DNA of 64,000 nt from Octopus vulgaris. Its lineage: Eukaryota. How positions within the stretch are numbered: position 1 is the first letter of the stretch; each line of letters starts with the position of its first letter. Of this stretch, positions 13,970 through 28,662 are shown piece after piece. The notes below the pieces were generated by a model that saw nothing but the letters and a program-made list of their open reading frames with translations, was not told the DNA's origin and searched no databases. The position numbers and the translations under genes are program-made. The DNA lies in NCBI GenBank assembly GCA_951406725.2, contig OX597814.1:2108001-2172000 (forward strand). Reading direction: 5' to 3'.

Positions 13970-14700
13970 GCTGTTCCGACTAAAATTGACCATTTGCATA
14001 AACGGAAAGTACAAATTGAAAAGTATTCCATACAAAAATAAAAGTATTTTTGAAAATCAAAAAATCTCAACTGTGGCTGGGAGATAACTCTTTCCTCAAA
14101 GTAGCCGCCTTCAGCTTCCACCAGGGTCTCAATATGGCTCCGGAAGCTATCACTTGTATTCTTCACTGTGTTTCGAGGAAGATCTTCGAACACCTTGATC
14201 TCGGACACCAGCTCGGCGTTGGTATTGCAGGCAGAGCAGTTAGTGTCTTTCTCAAGTGTGTCCCAGACATAGTTATCCATCGGATAACAATTGGGAGAAT
14301 AAGGGGGTCAGAAAATGGGGCTGGTGAAGTCGTAGAAATTCTCCGAGAACCACTTCTAACTCTACTCGGAGATATGGCAAGAAGCCGAATCTTGTTGCCA
14401 CTGATACGGCCTTTCAGTAGCAACCTTTTCGAATCAGGGTCCGACAAGTTTCCAGCAGCTTTACATAGCGGTCTGAATTGAGAATAAGGTCCTATTAGAA
14501 AATTCAGGGATAAATTCTAACGCAGTCAGAACGCTTGTATGCATTCCTGCTAAACTTGCCTTCGTAGTTTTCATCCTTGCTGTCCATGTAGCGTTTTCCT
14601 GCCTTTAGTGTTCGTACAGCAGTAATCATGATATCTGCATTTTGATATCCAGCACGAATCGCCATGACAGAGTTAACATTTTAGCAGTATGCAAATGGCT
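13970..14700 (-). mobile_element. Tc1/mariner-superfamily transposon relic
   Basis: ORF 13900..14280 has MDNYVWDTLEKDTN...RSHIETLVEAEGGYFE, a typical transposase C-terminus. QQDSASCH lies upstream. Confidence 0.75.
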
Positions 14701-15890
14701 TCCAATCCGCCATGTCCAAAGAAGTCACATGACTCTACCGCAACGTATCATTAGATGAAAGGATGAGCCTGTATGAACAGAAGACTATGCATGGATATGT
14801 TAGGAGAAAGCTCCGTGATAATAGTAAAATCGATCATCAAAGCAGTTTATCATGGACCAATAGTCGGATTACTACCTCCCACTTTAAAGGTTATGCGTTT
14901 GCAATCGAGGAACAGGAAATATCAACCAAATACCTAATGCACAAAAGGGATAGAGATGCAGGAAAAGCTGTAAAATGTGACAACCGATGCAGACTTTGTG
15001 GAGTTCACACTGAAGATATCACCCACGTCATAAGCAATTGTCCGAAAATGTCATCACTGTGTTATCTACAGATGAGACAGGATATTGTAGGTAGGACACT
15101 CTGTAATGAAATTAGTCGGAAGTATTATCCCGGGAAATAAGAACCCACAGTATGGTAGAAGCCATAACCACTCATAATAAAAATACTGTGGAATGTCCCA
15201 GTGAAGTCCTCAATAAAATGTAAGCACAACTGACCTGATATAATGATTTGGGATAAAGAAGAGAAACTGTGCACAGCGGATGTTAACATAAAGCTGAAGA
15301 TCAGTGAAAGAGAGAACACCTATGCTGAACTATTGAGAAATCTGCAGTTACTCTATCCAGATTATAAGTTCAGGTTTATACCTGTAATTATTGGAGCCCT
15401 GGGATATGTAACACACTGCCTAAATAGCAATCTTGATAAATTAGTCTTCTCAAAACCAGAGAGGAGAAAGCTAGTTCGAAGACTACAGATCAAATCCATC
15501 ATAAACATCTGTAAAACTTTCCAGAAGTTTATCATTTAAATATATATGAGCATGTCTAGATATGCAACTATATGCATGAGAAGACATACATAAAACATAA
15601 AAATCTGATCATACATACATAAATACATACATACATACATACATACATACATACATACATACATACATACATACATACATACATACATACATACATACAT
15701 ACATACATACATACATACATACATACATACATACATACATACATACATACATACATACATACATACATACATACATAAAACAAAAATACCCTGTTGTTGA
15801 TGTTGAAATTCCAATGAGCGAGCCTTGGATCTAGGTTAGAAACCAGCTCTGTCTCTATTGGCAAGAAATCTTGAAGTAAAATCGATCAAT
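14700..15890 (+). mobile_element. R4/Dong-group (restriction-like endonuclease) non-LTR retrotransposon 3' fragment; 3'UTR interrupted by (CATA)n
   Basis: CRLCGVHTEDITHVISNCPK zinc motif, PDIMIWDKEEK and FIPVIIGALG RLE motifs. Confidence 0.85.
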
Positions 15891-15893
15891 GAG

Positions 15894-15957
<64 letters not shown>

Positions 15958-17210
15958 ATAATCCATACGCACGCTTGCCCGTACAGGCATGCAGAAGCGG
16001 TCAGACACATTGGTTCCTAATTGCATCTGTGTCGCCTTAGAAAATCACGAGACACTCTAACGAACGTAGAATAGCAGACATACACATACACAAGACACAC
16101 ACACACACACAGAAGCATATAATCATACATAAGTATACATACATCCACGCTTGTATATATATGTGTATGTGTGCACGTATGTGTGTGTCTGTGCTTGTGT
16201 GTATATTTGCATGTACACGTACATGAATACATAGAGTATATGCGAATATGTTTGCACACATACATATGAATATGTATACACACGTACGTACATATATACG
16301 TACATACGTACATATATACGTACATGCGTGCATATACACATACACATACATAAATGCATCTCATTAAGCGATCTCTATTCGTCGTCTGCTCTCCATCCCG
16401 TCCCTCCGTCCCCTTCCTCTCCTCCTACCATACCCCACTAATCTGTCTTCATTCGTTAGGCGTTTTAATACCCGATCAGGCTCAACAATCGACCGAATCA
16501 TTTAGACGGAAGTATTACGGGATTACATCTATTTCTAATTACGGAATAAATGCCACGATGACGTGTCATTCACCGATTGGTTGGCAAAGGGAGAGACGAG
16601 CTGGGTGGTTAGTTGTTCGTGGTTGGGTTTGCTAAATCCGAGGTTTTCGTAGATTAGCCCCAGGTTAGCTTTGATCGAGTAGACGTATGACCAGGCCATT
16701 CAACCCGTGGCCCTCCCGTCTGTTTAGAGGTATTTAGAACAATATTTTACACTGTGTTCTTTTTTGTTATTAATGATGTTATGATGCTATCTGAGGGATA
16801 TTTGACTTCTATTTCTACCCCTGGTGTGACCGACCACGTAGTAGCGTCCCTTTAATTACCTCTCCAATATGAGAGTAGTGGCTGCCAGGGGTGGAGGGGA
16901 GTAAAAGTAATTATGTGGGAACGTGGAAAAGAAAGGATGACGGTGAAGAGGAAAAGGAGGAGGAAGCGGAAAAGGGTAGTAGTGCTGGTGATGGTGATGG
17001 TGATGATGATGATGATGGCGATGACGACGACGACGACGATGATGATATCAATCAGGAGGGAAAGTTGGTAGGAGATTATGACGATCAGTCGGAGGAAGAT
17101 TATGATGGGGGGCGGGGTGATGATGTTAGTAGGTGCTCTCCTTGTAGTTATTATTATTATTGCCTTTGTATTGTCCCCCGCATCCTTCGCCCTTGTGGCA
17201 AATAACTGAA

Positions 17211-17254
<44 letters not shown>

Positions 17255-17261
17255 TATTATT

Positions 17262-17625
17262 ATTCAGTAGTTTTATTTTTATAGCGTGTTTTCACTTCAC
17301 TACCGAGCGCAGCTCTGTGTGCCTTGGGTATGTGCTGTGGTTTGCTGTGATACTCTTATGATTACTGCATTGAAAGGATTGAGATTGTTGGGGGGGGGGG
17401 GAATCCAACATCAAGCTACAACAAATAACCTATAAAAGAAAGAAAAGAATTCTGACATCAGGCTACAACATGTAACCTCCTGAGATTCAAAGAACCCTCC
17501 TAGGTATCCAAGCTGTCCCTAATAACACTGTTTTCTTCAGCTGTACTAAACTAAGTTTATCTGCTCATATATTTAGGGATGGTTCCTAATGCACCCGTAA
17601 CTACGGGGATACATTCTACCCGAGA
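17262..17625 (-). mobile_element. Two R4/Dong-type 3' ends next to a (TTA)n array
   Basis: 17262-17377 is the reverse complement of the Dong 3'UTR at 30600-30710. About 17485-17625 encodes IPVVTGALGT...KTVLLGTAWIPRRVL. Confidence 0.7.
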
Positions 17626-18245
17626 GGATGGAAAGCAAATTTCAACACAGAAACACCATTGAGCCTTTTGCAGGCCATAAACATTGATTTCAAATTTTGT
17701 CACAAGGCCAATAATTTGTTTAACCGGTACTTATTTTATCGACTCGGAGAGGTTGAAAGGTAACGTCATCCCGAGCGGAATTTGAACTCAGAACGTCAAT
17801 CGGAGAAATTGGCGCTAAGCATCGTGCGGACCAGAAAATATTAACAATAACAAAGCCGAAGTAATTTCTAATGAGAGGCTCTTGAGGTGTACTTGTCTGG
17901 TAAATTATTTGATCTGAGGGTGTCTGTTGAATCTCAAGAAATTACAGCACGGAAGACAGACATTAGCCATTTGAAAATAGAACAAATGTTAATTTCACTT
18001 AATCACGTGTTATTAGAGTTAAAAGTTTTTGTTAGTTAACTTTCAGTTTCTCTTGAATTACGATAATAAAAATATCCATAAAAATTCTTTCATTGTTCTA
18101 GCATGAAAAAAAAAAACCCAACAACAAAGAATGGAAGAAGAAGGAAATGTTATTTTTCTCGCAATGAACAACGCGAGAATTTGTTGATTAACGTGTAGAA
18201 CGACTGAAAAATCGAGACAAAATACAAAAAGAAGCCAGATTTAGG

Positions 18246-18313
<68 letters not shown>

Positions 18314-18316
18314 CAA

Positions 18317-18429
<113 letters not shown>

Positions 18430-19336
18430 TACAACAACGTATAAGGTAGTAATCCACCTTCAGCAAATAACGAGAACTGTTCAGAAACATAAGCCAATCC
18501 GAAATTTCAGACATACGGACTTCCACTGTACATTATGGAAGCTCTCTGCTTTTGATTAGAATAAATTTTTTTTTATCTTTTTTTTAAACTTATATATATA
18601 TATATATATATAATTTTTTTTTTTTCAAATTTCTTTCTTTAGAAATGATTATCTAATATTGAATATAAGATAAAATAAAACAGCAACAAACGGTAGCGGA
18701 ATAGTAAATTAGCATATATAAGCAAAGAAATATAACAAGAAGAAAAAAAAAGAACAACAACAAGAACAAGAACATGAAGGATAAAAAAAAAACGAAAAAG
18801 AAAGACAACAAGAATATCGCATCAGTTATCTCTTAAATCCTATAACGTGTAAAAAACTTCAGCATTCGGAAATTAAAGTTGACGCAACTTTCTCAGATAG
18901 CTCTGATAACATTTCTGTAAGACTTCTCAGAAATGAAATAAAATTGGTTTAAGCAACTTTGACTGAAGCCGAATGCCATTCTTAAGTATATTATAAAGAA
19001 TTTAACAATGAGATTGATTCGCTTCCACTCTACAGATGAGAGAAAAACATTGCTCTACTTTCTTTTCCAACACAAAAGCGCTCTCACACATTCACTCACT
19101 CACTCACTCACTCTTTCAATCTCTGTCTCTCCCCCTCTCTTTCACGCAAGATTTCCCTCTCCTCGTCACACTCTCCTTCTCTTTAATTCTCTCTCTCTCT
19201 CTCCCTGTGTTTCTCTCTTTGTACTTATTTGTCTCTTCAGATTTACCTTCTTTACCGAAATACCAGCAGAGTGAGAATTACATTCTAATGCATGCAACAA
19301 ACATACACACATATAAATCAACACACACACAGATGC

Positions 19337-19501
<165 letters not shown>

Positions 19502-19767
19502 TATAAAAATGTATATACATATATATGTATGTATATATATATGTGTATGTGTGTGTGTCTGTGTCTGTGTGTGTATGCTGTATGTATTGTGGAATTGTGA
19601 TTAAAAAAACTAAGCCAAAATTGATACATACATGTATACATTATACTTCTCACACACACACATACACACATACGCGCACACATTCACACGTACACACACA
19701 CACACAAAAGCTCAAACGTTTATATGAACCAAATTATCAAAACCATACATATTCACATCAACACAAG

Positions 19768-19806
<39 letters not shown>

Positions 19807-19978
19807 TTCAAACACTCAACACACGCATATACACAAAGACACACGTACTCACACATGCAAAAAAGCACACACACCAACACCTGCCATCTTACATATACAC
19901 ACTGACACGTATGTATATTTACACGTAATTCATAATACGTATAAACACTTCGACACGCACAACTGCATATAAATGGGC

Positions 19979-20028
<50 letters not shown>

Positions 20029-20061
20029 GTATATGTATATACACTTTTACCCTCTTTTATT

Positions 20062-20340
20062 CTTTTAAATGTCTCAGTCATTTGACGAATGCGGCCATGC
20101 TGGAGCGTCGCTTTTAATCGCAGAAATCGACCTCCGTGACTTATTCTTTGGAAGTCTAGTACTTATTCTATCGGGAACTTTTGTCGAACCGCTAAGTGAC
20201 GGGGACGTAAACACACCAACCAACCTCGATTGTCAAGCGATGGTGGCAGGGGGACAAACACAGACACACAAATACACACACACACACACACTCACGCATA
20301 TATATATACACGACGGGCTTCTTTCTGTTTCCACTCACGA
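20062..20340 (-). mobile_element. SINE family A, partial
   Basis: Reverse complement of the 3' half of the 22701-23165 and 52303-52760 copies. Confidence 0.75.
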
Positions 20341-20378
20341 GCTCTATACTCTACTCTATGTTTTTAACAGAATATACC

Positions 20379-20650
<272 letters not shown>

Positions 20651-20939
20651 ATATATATATAATACATTGGAATAAATAGACATACATAGAATGTTTACCG
20701 GTTGATGTCGATTTTGTATCCTCTCCATTTTCATATTTGCCGTATAAATCAAGGGTAAACCATTTTTTACCCCCGCCCATATATAACACTCAATTGCGAG
20801 ATTGCCACGAGATTGACTATGAATGATTGACTATGAATCATTGGCTTTGAATGATTGGGTACACTGCCAGCATTATATTGGATAGGTACTATCCCTTTGT
20901 TGGTTTCTCAACCATAACTCATACAGATACCAATATATA

Positions 20940-21840
20940 CAGCTTTGGCCAAAAGTATTAGGCCACCCCAAAGTTTTGGGGTTCTGATATCTCAATGTTA
21001 ATGAAACTCGAGCACATGGTAGATTATGGTATATTTCACAATATGCATTAGTTTTAATATCTGGTTGACTCTGCTTTAGTATCAATTACCGCTTTCATAC
21101 TGTACTGTACATATGCAACCAATTATGAGTAAGACCAACGTCCAAAATTAACTTATGTTTCCTTGATTATTTCAGAGTTTTATGCTAACATACATTGTAG
21201 ATACAATTAATAAACAGTAAAATGGCTAAAACAAGGGATGTGAGTGAGTGTGAGCGAGGTCAAATCATAGCTCATCATGAAGACGGAATGCCTCAAAGGC
21301 AAATTGCTCAGATGAAATGTTCTCGATGTGCAGTGCAAACGACTCCCAAGCACTTCAGTCGCTCAGAAACAGAAGAAAAACATCGTCGGAGCTCTGTGTG
21401 GACTTCAACAAGGCAAATACTTCACAAATATCAACCAGAATTATTACAAGACTTATATAACACTGTCTGAAAAGCTGTAAAGCCAGGAAAAAGCCGTGGA
21501 TTTCGGAAGCGAATATGGACTAACGTATTATGTGGACCAAAAACCACTCAAATTGAACCAGTGAGCAATGGTCTAGAGTCATATGGTCTGATGAAAGTAA
21601 CTATGAGGTAAGATAGTACATGTATTCAATCAACATATAAACTGAATGTAACTAGTTTGTTGCCCAAAATATATAAAAAAAAAGTATCCAACATAAAGCC
21701 AATATTATTTTTCATGTTTTTACTCAGGTTTTCGGTATATCTGGTGCAACTTTCATGCGTCGCAGACTTGGAGAAGCATTTAAGACTGAACGTCTGGTAC
21801 CAACTGTAATAAATGGGAGTGGTTCTAACATGGCGTGGGT
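20940..21840 (+). mobile_element. Tc1-family transposon 5' part with an intron-containing transposase pseudogene
   Basis: ta|cagctttggccaaaagtatt TIR-like start. MAKTRDVSECERGQIIAHH HTH domain. VIWSDESNYE|gtaag...tttttactcag|VFG. Truncated by a Dong fragment at 21841. Confidence 0.8.
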
Positions 21841-22036
21841 TACATAACAAAAACACCAGGACTTACAAACACATATAACATACAGAAAATTGCACTACTA
21901 GGCACTGCACACATCCTACGCAGAACACTTTCCATACAATAACCATCAGAGCATCACAATAAATCACAGCACATACCCAAGGCACACAGTGCTGCGCTCG
22001 GTAGTGAAGTGAAAGCACGCTATAAAAATAAAACTA

Positions 22037-22108
<72 letters not shown>

Positions 22109-22275
22109 CATAATAACATCGAAAAATATCTTAGGAATGAGAACTCAGGTTCGAAATTTCCCCAAGGCACCTGATGGAAGCTTGAGGGTATATCAACCGA
22201 AACGTTGTGCTAACAACAAACAAGATGAGGACAAATATCCGTTGAATGTAAATAATATAAATAATGAAAATAATA
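21841..22275 (+). mobile_element. Chimera of Dong 3' end, (AAT)n and HHR-SINE 3' module (HHR core mutated to CTGATGG at 22171)
   Basis: YITKTPGLTNTYNIQKIALLGTAHILRRTLSIQ* plus UTR, then (AAT)n, then a module nearly identical to 30770-30920 and 51805-51950. Confidence 0.8.
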
Positions 22276-22700
22276 TTAAAACTTAAAATCCTGAAATATT
22301 TTTAAACACAGACACCACTTTGGTTGGTTTATATGTAATGTAGATCTTTTTTTACGCGTGACTTTAGTAGAGACCACTGACTTGTATTACCCGTACAGAC
22401 TTCTTAACGAAATAGTTGTTATATGCGTAAGTAATCTAACCATCCGAAATAATATATTAAGTAATACTCGTGAATAAAACTTTAATCAACTGCCGAGCTA
22501 TTATTATGCTGTTCTCCATGAACGTTGGCTCAAAGAATAAAAAGTTTTGAATTGAACTTCAGCAGACGATTCAAATTTAACAACTGACCCCCACCCCACA
22601 CACACACGTCTGCTGTTCCAATTTTCAATATAATGTAGAAGTCGAGTCATTATTTGAGGAAATGATTCTACAATTCTTTAAAAATATTTTTATCAACTAA

Positions 22701-22863
22701 GGCGCAGGAGTGGCTGTAAGGTAGGTAGCTTGCTTACCAACCACATGGTTCTGTGTTCAGTCCCATTGCGTGGCACCGTGGGCAAGTGTCTTCCACTATA
22801 GCCTCGGGTTGACCAAAGCCTTGTGAATGGATTTGGTAGACTGAAACTGAAAGAAGCCCATCG

Positions 22864-22957
<94 letters not shown>

Positions 22958-22958
22958 C

Positions 22959-22997
<39 letters not shown>

Positions 22998-23165
22998 TGT
23001 GTCTCTGTTCCCCCAACATCGCTTGACAACCGATGCTGGTGTGTTTATATCCCCGTAACATAGCGGTTCGGCAAAAATGACCGATAAAATAAGTCCTGGG
23101 GTCGATTTGCTCGACTAAAGGCGGTGCTCCAGCATGGCCTCAGTCAAGTGACTGAAACGAATAAA
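22701..23165 (+). mobile_element. Full-length tRNA-derived SINE family A with internal (TA)n(TG)n
   Basis: ggcgcaggagtggctgt...tgttcagtccc head, ccgtgggcaagt body and ggcggtgctccagcatggc...ctgaaac tail. At least 8 related copies in the window. Confidence 0.85.
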
Positions 23166-23198
23166 TGAATATAAGTAGTATAAATTTTTTCTAAATTA

Positions 23199-24393
23199 TT
23201 AGGCTGTCACACATGAAATGTCGTATTTGAAAGGTAACAAATAAATGTTTCAAAAGTATTAGAGATCTGATTTAATTAATCAAAGTATAATCCATTTATG
23301 ACCTTTACCCAATGTAATATATTCCATCTATAAAAAATGTTTCATCTTTTGCTGTAATAAACTGTCCGAATGCATCTATTACCTCTTCTCTATTTAAGAA
23401 TGATATATTGCGTATGAAAAGCTCGAAATGCTTAAATAAGGGATAATCAGAAGGAGAGAAGTCAGCGGGGTAGGAAGGATGTTGCAAGATCTCATAATTC
23501 AGGCTTTGCCACTTTTGGACACTGGCTTGAGGAGTGTGAGGACATGTATTGTCATGGAACAAAATTGGGCCATATCTATTCACTAGTCTGGGTTGCTTCT
23601 TTTTCAAACTCTCATGCATACAATCAATTTCCTGGCAATACGATGTTGCTGTTACCGTTTTTCCTTGTTGCAAAAACGAATAATGAATAACTCCCTTCGC
23701 AGACCACCATACAGTGACCACTAACTTTTTAGGGTGCAATGGTGTGTTTGGGTAGTGTTTAGGTGACTCTCCTGCATCTAATCACTCTCCTGTTCTCCTG
23801 CTCTTGTCAAAGAGTAACCATTTCTCATCACAAGTAATGATTTGATGCAAAAAATGGTCTTTTTCCAGTCAAGAAAGCAATAAAGAGTACACTTCGAGGG
23901 GTCTGTTTTTTTTACCCATGTTCAGTTGATGTGGAACGAACCTGTCTGTTTTCTTGACTCTTCTAATTTTTTACAGGTATCCAAAAACAGGTGTTCTGAT
24001 GAAAGTTTTCGAACCTTTGTTCTCGGATTTTGCTCAAATAAAGCATTTAATCCATCATGTCGAATAACTGATTTTGGCCTACCCCTTGGTTTATTTTCAA
24101 GGCTATCATCTGAATAGGATCTTTGGAACCATCTCTGAACAGGTCAGATGTCAACAAACCCATTACCAAAGGCTCGCTTGATCTCCTGCGGCAGAGTGAC
24201 CCGGTTTGTACTCATACAAGAAAGTCAGTCATAATTGTTTGGTTGTTATTATTTTCATAACGTACGAATTTTTTATACCAATATTGTATAGAGAACGAGT
24301 CAAGATTAAATGCAAGGGTATACATAATTGAGTTTTTAAATACCCGAAATAACAAGTAATTAAAAATGCGATATTTCATGTGTGACAACCTAA
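23199..24393 (-). mobile_element. Full-length decayed mariner (D,D34D) with TIRs and TA TSD
   Basis: TIRs ttaggctgtcacacatgaaat and atttcatgtgtgacaacctaa, each flanked by TA. Motifs IITCDEKW, LFHDNTCPH and HPSYPADFSPSDY. Confidence 0.9.
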
Positions 24394-24395
24394 TA

Positions 24396-25110
24396 CAAGA
24401 TGCATTCCAGAAGTTTTGAGACATTTTTAGGAGAGGCCTCAAAAACTGTCATGGATAATTGTAATTTTAGGATATCATTACTATTCATCTAATGAATTGA
24501 TCTGCACACTTTTGATATTCCAGATCGAAGGACACAGTTGAAACTGTACTTTAAACACACCTTACTAAACACTACCTGTCAGAGCTGATTAGTTTGCAGA
24601 ATGCAGTCGGCACCTGAAGACAATTTCGAAGCTCGCCATGCAGTAAATGTTTGTGTTAAACTGGGTTAAAACGCTACAGAAACGGTTAAAATGCTCCAAA
24701 CTTCTTATGGGTTAAAGTACCGAGCATCTATTTTTCGTTTGTACAAAAGACCAGGCAAAGCAAGTCCACTGAGGGAGGGGGGGCTTTTTCAGAAATAAGA
24801 GAACCATCTACGTCCACTGTGTTCTTTCTGAGCAGATGGACAACAAAAAATACTTTGTGGAGATTTTTAGGACGGTCAGGAAGAGATTTCGTCCCCAAAT
24901 GCCAGAGTATGTGCACAGGGACAGGGCACCAGTCCACAATTCCATCTGGCAACCAACTACTTGACAGAGAGGGGCATCAAAACTGTACCTCACTTTTCCT
25001 GCAGCACAGACTGACCTCCGCTCCATATCTGCTGTTCTAATTTTCAATATAATCTCGAAGTCGAGTAATTTTTTGCTGAAATCATTCTACAGTTTTACAA
25101 TTCATCAACT
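24396..25110 (+). mobile_element. Degenerate mariner relic
   Basis: HAVNVCVKLG*NATETVKMLQTSYG (N-terminal HTH) and DRAPVHNS...GIKTVPH-like pieces. Confidence 0.6.
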
Positions 25111-28100
25111 AAGGCGCAGGAGTGGCTGTGTGGTAAGTGGTTTGCTTACCCATGAGTCTCCGTTGTCAGTGTGCGCATGTGTCAGTGTGTTGTGCACTGA
25201 AGAAGACAGCCGGGAGTGTTTAGCCTGCCAAAAGAAGCTGCTGCGAGGTAAGACTTTTGTCTTGGACCCAGTAAGAGTCGTTGTCTATGTTTATATGTTT
25301 TACACACAAGGAGTCCTCACTTCCTGTGACTTTTGCTTATCTATGCTGAAGAAAATTATAGAAGCTGGGATAAGGGTTCTATATACCTTCAATTTGGAGG
25401 ACTTCTCTGGGCCTTCACACAATGGCTGGAGCGCAACAACATGTGCATTGAAGTCAGAGAAACTTATTTTGAAGCAGATTAAAGTTGTGTGCTTCTTTGG
25501 AATTAATAAATGTCTCTCTTGAAAAAGTCTTTAATTCCTGTAATGCATCTCGAATGCTTTCTTAAGATTTAATATTTACACAATACTGAATCTTATACAA
25601 ACTGTTGCTTCTTGCAAACTGGTTGAAATTTAATTAACAAGTCCTACCGCTACCATAATTTTAAACTCTAATTGCAAAAACTATAGCAACTGTTCTTTAA
25701 TTCTAATTATTTAGCGAAGAATAAGTGTGCCACTGTAAAGTAAAGCCTGAAAATTCTACGAGAGAATACATCAGCTTTACTGCTAACTTGTTTAAGTTTC
25801 TATATAATCAGTATGCTTTTCAGCCTTTTATTCGAAAATAACAAAAAAAAAAATTTATATTTATTTTATGGAATCTAGTCATATTTGCGAATTAAAGAAA
25901 TTCTAGAACATATTCTAACTCTAAGAAGAAATACGTTCCTTACACCGAAAATACAACACCGTGCAATTTCTGGCGTGAAAACCCTTACAAAATCCTGTTT
26001 GCGAAGGTTTGTATACTTAACAGATATTCGGAAAGGGATGAGCCTTGCCATGATAATATTTTCATGCTAATAAATACTTTCAGTTATTTTCTTATTCCCA
26101 TAGAAAAATATACGCGATATAAACACTTACATCATTTTAACTAAGACAATTACTATCCTAGAAAGGTGTCACATTGATATATATCATTTTTCTGGGATAA
26201 ACTTAATTATCATTATAGTTTTCACCTGTATTTGAAACTAGATTTCTTTACAGAATGATTCTGGTGCTATCAAAATTTTTTGTACATCTCATAAATTGTG
26301 CCTAAACTACAAACGTTACCTTAGCCAATTCCTATCAATATATCCGTTTATCGGTATATTCATCTCTATTTCTTTCAGTTTTGCACACTGAAAGTCGCTT
26401 TGCAACTTTTGACTCATATTTAAATTCGAATTTGTATCTCACCAAAAAAAAAAACCCTTCTTTGGGAATTTGATAAATAGTGTGTTTCCTTCTCTACTTA
26501 TCATTCTATCCATTAACACACAAATTTTAACCGTCATTGAAATTAAGAAGAGCACATGAAAATACAATTATTAATTAATGTAATCACGCATAGCCGTATG
26601 AGGATAGCGTCTAAATTAAATGGGAACAAGAATATAACAAATATTTATATAATGAAAAAAAAAATATTGAAAATATTTGTGTTTCATGAAAAGGTTGTCA
26701 TGGCACAAAGCATTTTTTCTAAATATTTTTTGCGTATAGAAACCTTAGCAAACTGGATTTCATAGACCTCTTTACATCAGAGATTGCATGGTCTTCTATT
26801 TTCGATGTGAGAATTAGTTTTAGCAGCAAATTTCCAGCTAAATCACGGTATGCAAGTCCGTCCGATTACTGCACTATCCGAGCTCGAAAATTGAAGTAAC
26901 TGACGTATAACACATGTATTCATCAAATTATACGTAACTCTTGTTAGAATGAGGACTTTTGCCGATCCTAAATGCAAGCGGGCGGTAAAACGCGAATACT
27001 GTAAACAACGGAAAATAAATTGGCAGACAACAACGAAACAATCTCTTTGTTAGCTGTTGATTTAAATCAAAGAAGTTTCGATATCTTCTGACAGAATATC
27101 ACGCCCAGCTGTGTAGGCAGGTTCCATGAAAGTTCGTGGGAATTCTACAGGTAGGCACAAGAATAGGACAAAAACCAAAAACAGAAAAAAAAAAAAAGGA
27201 AAGCCAAATATGATAAACTCTGTCCAAAATTAGGCGGAAGAATAAGGAAAAGAATGGAGAAGGCAGACAAATGGTATATGAATGTTTTCTAGTCCGTTAC
27301 AAAAGAATAACACAAATTGTTTATAAATAGAAACGTATATTAATTCAATTGAAAGTTTTGTTTTTTATGTATTCTTTCTAAAATGATACAAATGAAATAT
27401 ACTGCCGCATAAATTAATTCCAGGTGGTCAAATTACCTCAAAACATACTTGGGGTTGCCACTGCAATTAACAAGTAAATTAACAGGTATCTGAATCTCTT
27501 TCCATTACAGGTATCAGTTTAATTAGTAAGCAAATTAAATTTAAGAGTTATCTTCCTTTGTTTTCATTGACAAATATTCTCATTAAAGTTAATTACTTAT
27601 CTTTTCATTTATTTCGTTTGAATTGGTTTAATTTGAATTGAGTAAAAAAAAATATCCTTAGCGTATTTCACTCAGTATGGTAACCTGCACTTAACTGTAT
27701 GATTTTCTTACTGAAGACACCCTTGAGAACTTTCCTAATATGTATATTACAACACACAGCAATACATCTTTAGATAAATTGCTGAAAGTGTTCAATTATA
27801 TTGAGCTGGTAATAAAGATATCTGGGAAGAATCCATTTAATTGATAAGTGATTGAGCAATGATTAGCAGAATACGCCGAAAATCCATATTAAAAACGTAG
27901 GCGTGTGGCACACATCAACAACACACAGAATACAGCAATACCAGGAGGCATTGCACGTATATTACGTAAATTACTTTCAATACAACAGCAAGATACATAA
28001 ACAAATATAACGACAGTGTACGGACCCAAGGCACACAAAGCTGTTCTCTGTTTTTCAGTGAAAAGAAGCAACTAACAGTAAGAATATTGAAATTAAGATA

Positions 28101-28440
28101 ATAATGACGATAATGATAATGCTAATAATTACCTCGAAGACAACAGATGCTATTCTTTACGTGTCTAACTAGTATATGTCTTAAACAGTATGATGTTTGC
28201 TATAAACATATGTGTAATCTTTTATCTTTTGGAAAGATCTCGAGAGATAAATATTACGGTTATCTGCCTTACGCGCACTCTCCAAAAGACATATAAACGA
28301 GCGGATTCGGATAGATATGTGTACGTATGTGTGTATATATAGAGGTAGGAATGGAAAGATAGATAGATAATACACATTAGTAAACACCAACGAAGATATA
28401 TGCACATATACAGATACAGACACACATACACACACACATA

Positions 28441-28662
28441 TTTCTTTACTGCCCACAGGGGGCTAAACATAGAGAGGACAAACAACGACAAAGGGAGTCG
28501 ATTACATCGACACCAATGCGTAACTGGTACTTAATTTATCGACCCCGAAAGGATGAAAGGCAAAGTCGACCTCGGCGGAATTTGAACTCACAACGTAACG
28601 GCAGACGAAATACCGCTAAGCATTTCGCCCAGCGTGCTAACGATTCTGCCAGGTCACCGCCT
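28441..28662 (-). mobile_element. tRNA-derived SINE family B
   Basis: Minus head ggcggtgacctggcagaatcgttagcacgctgggcgaaatgcttagcggtatttcg...gagttcaaattcc. Copies at 32718-33098, 51951-52153, 63126-63217, 17720-17830 and 30220-30395. Confidence 0.8.

Noticed and set aside
25170-25520. 149-aa ORF or faint Gypsy RNase H-like peptide (YAEENYRSWDK...WLE)
   Set aside because: Similarity is too weak to call by eye, and the ORF begins in repeat sequence.
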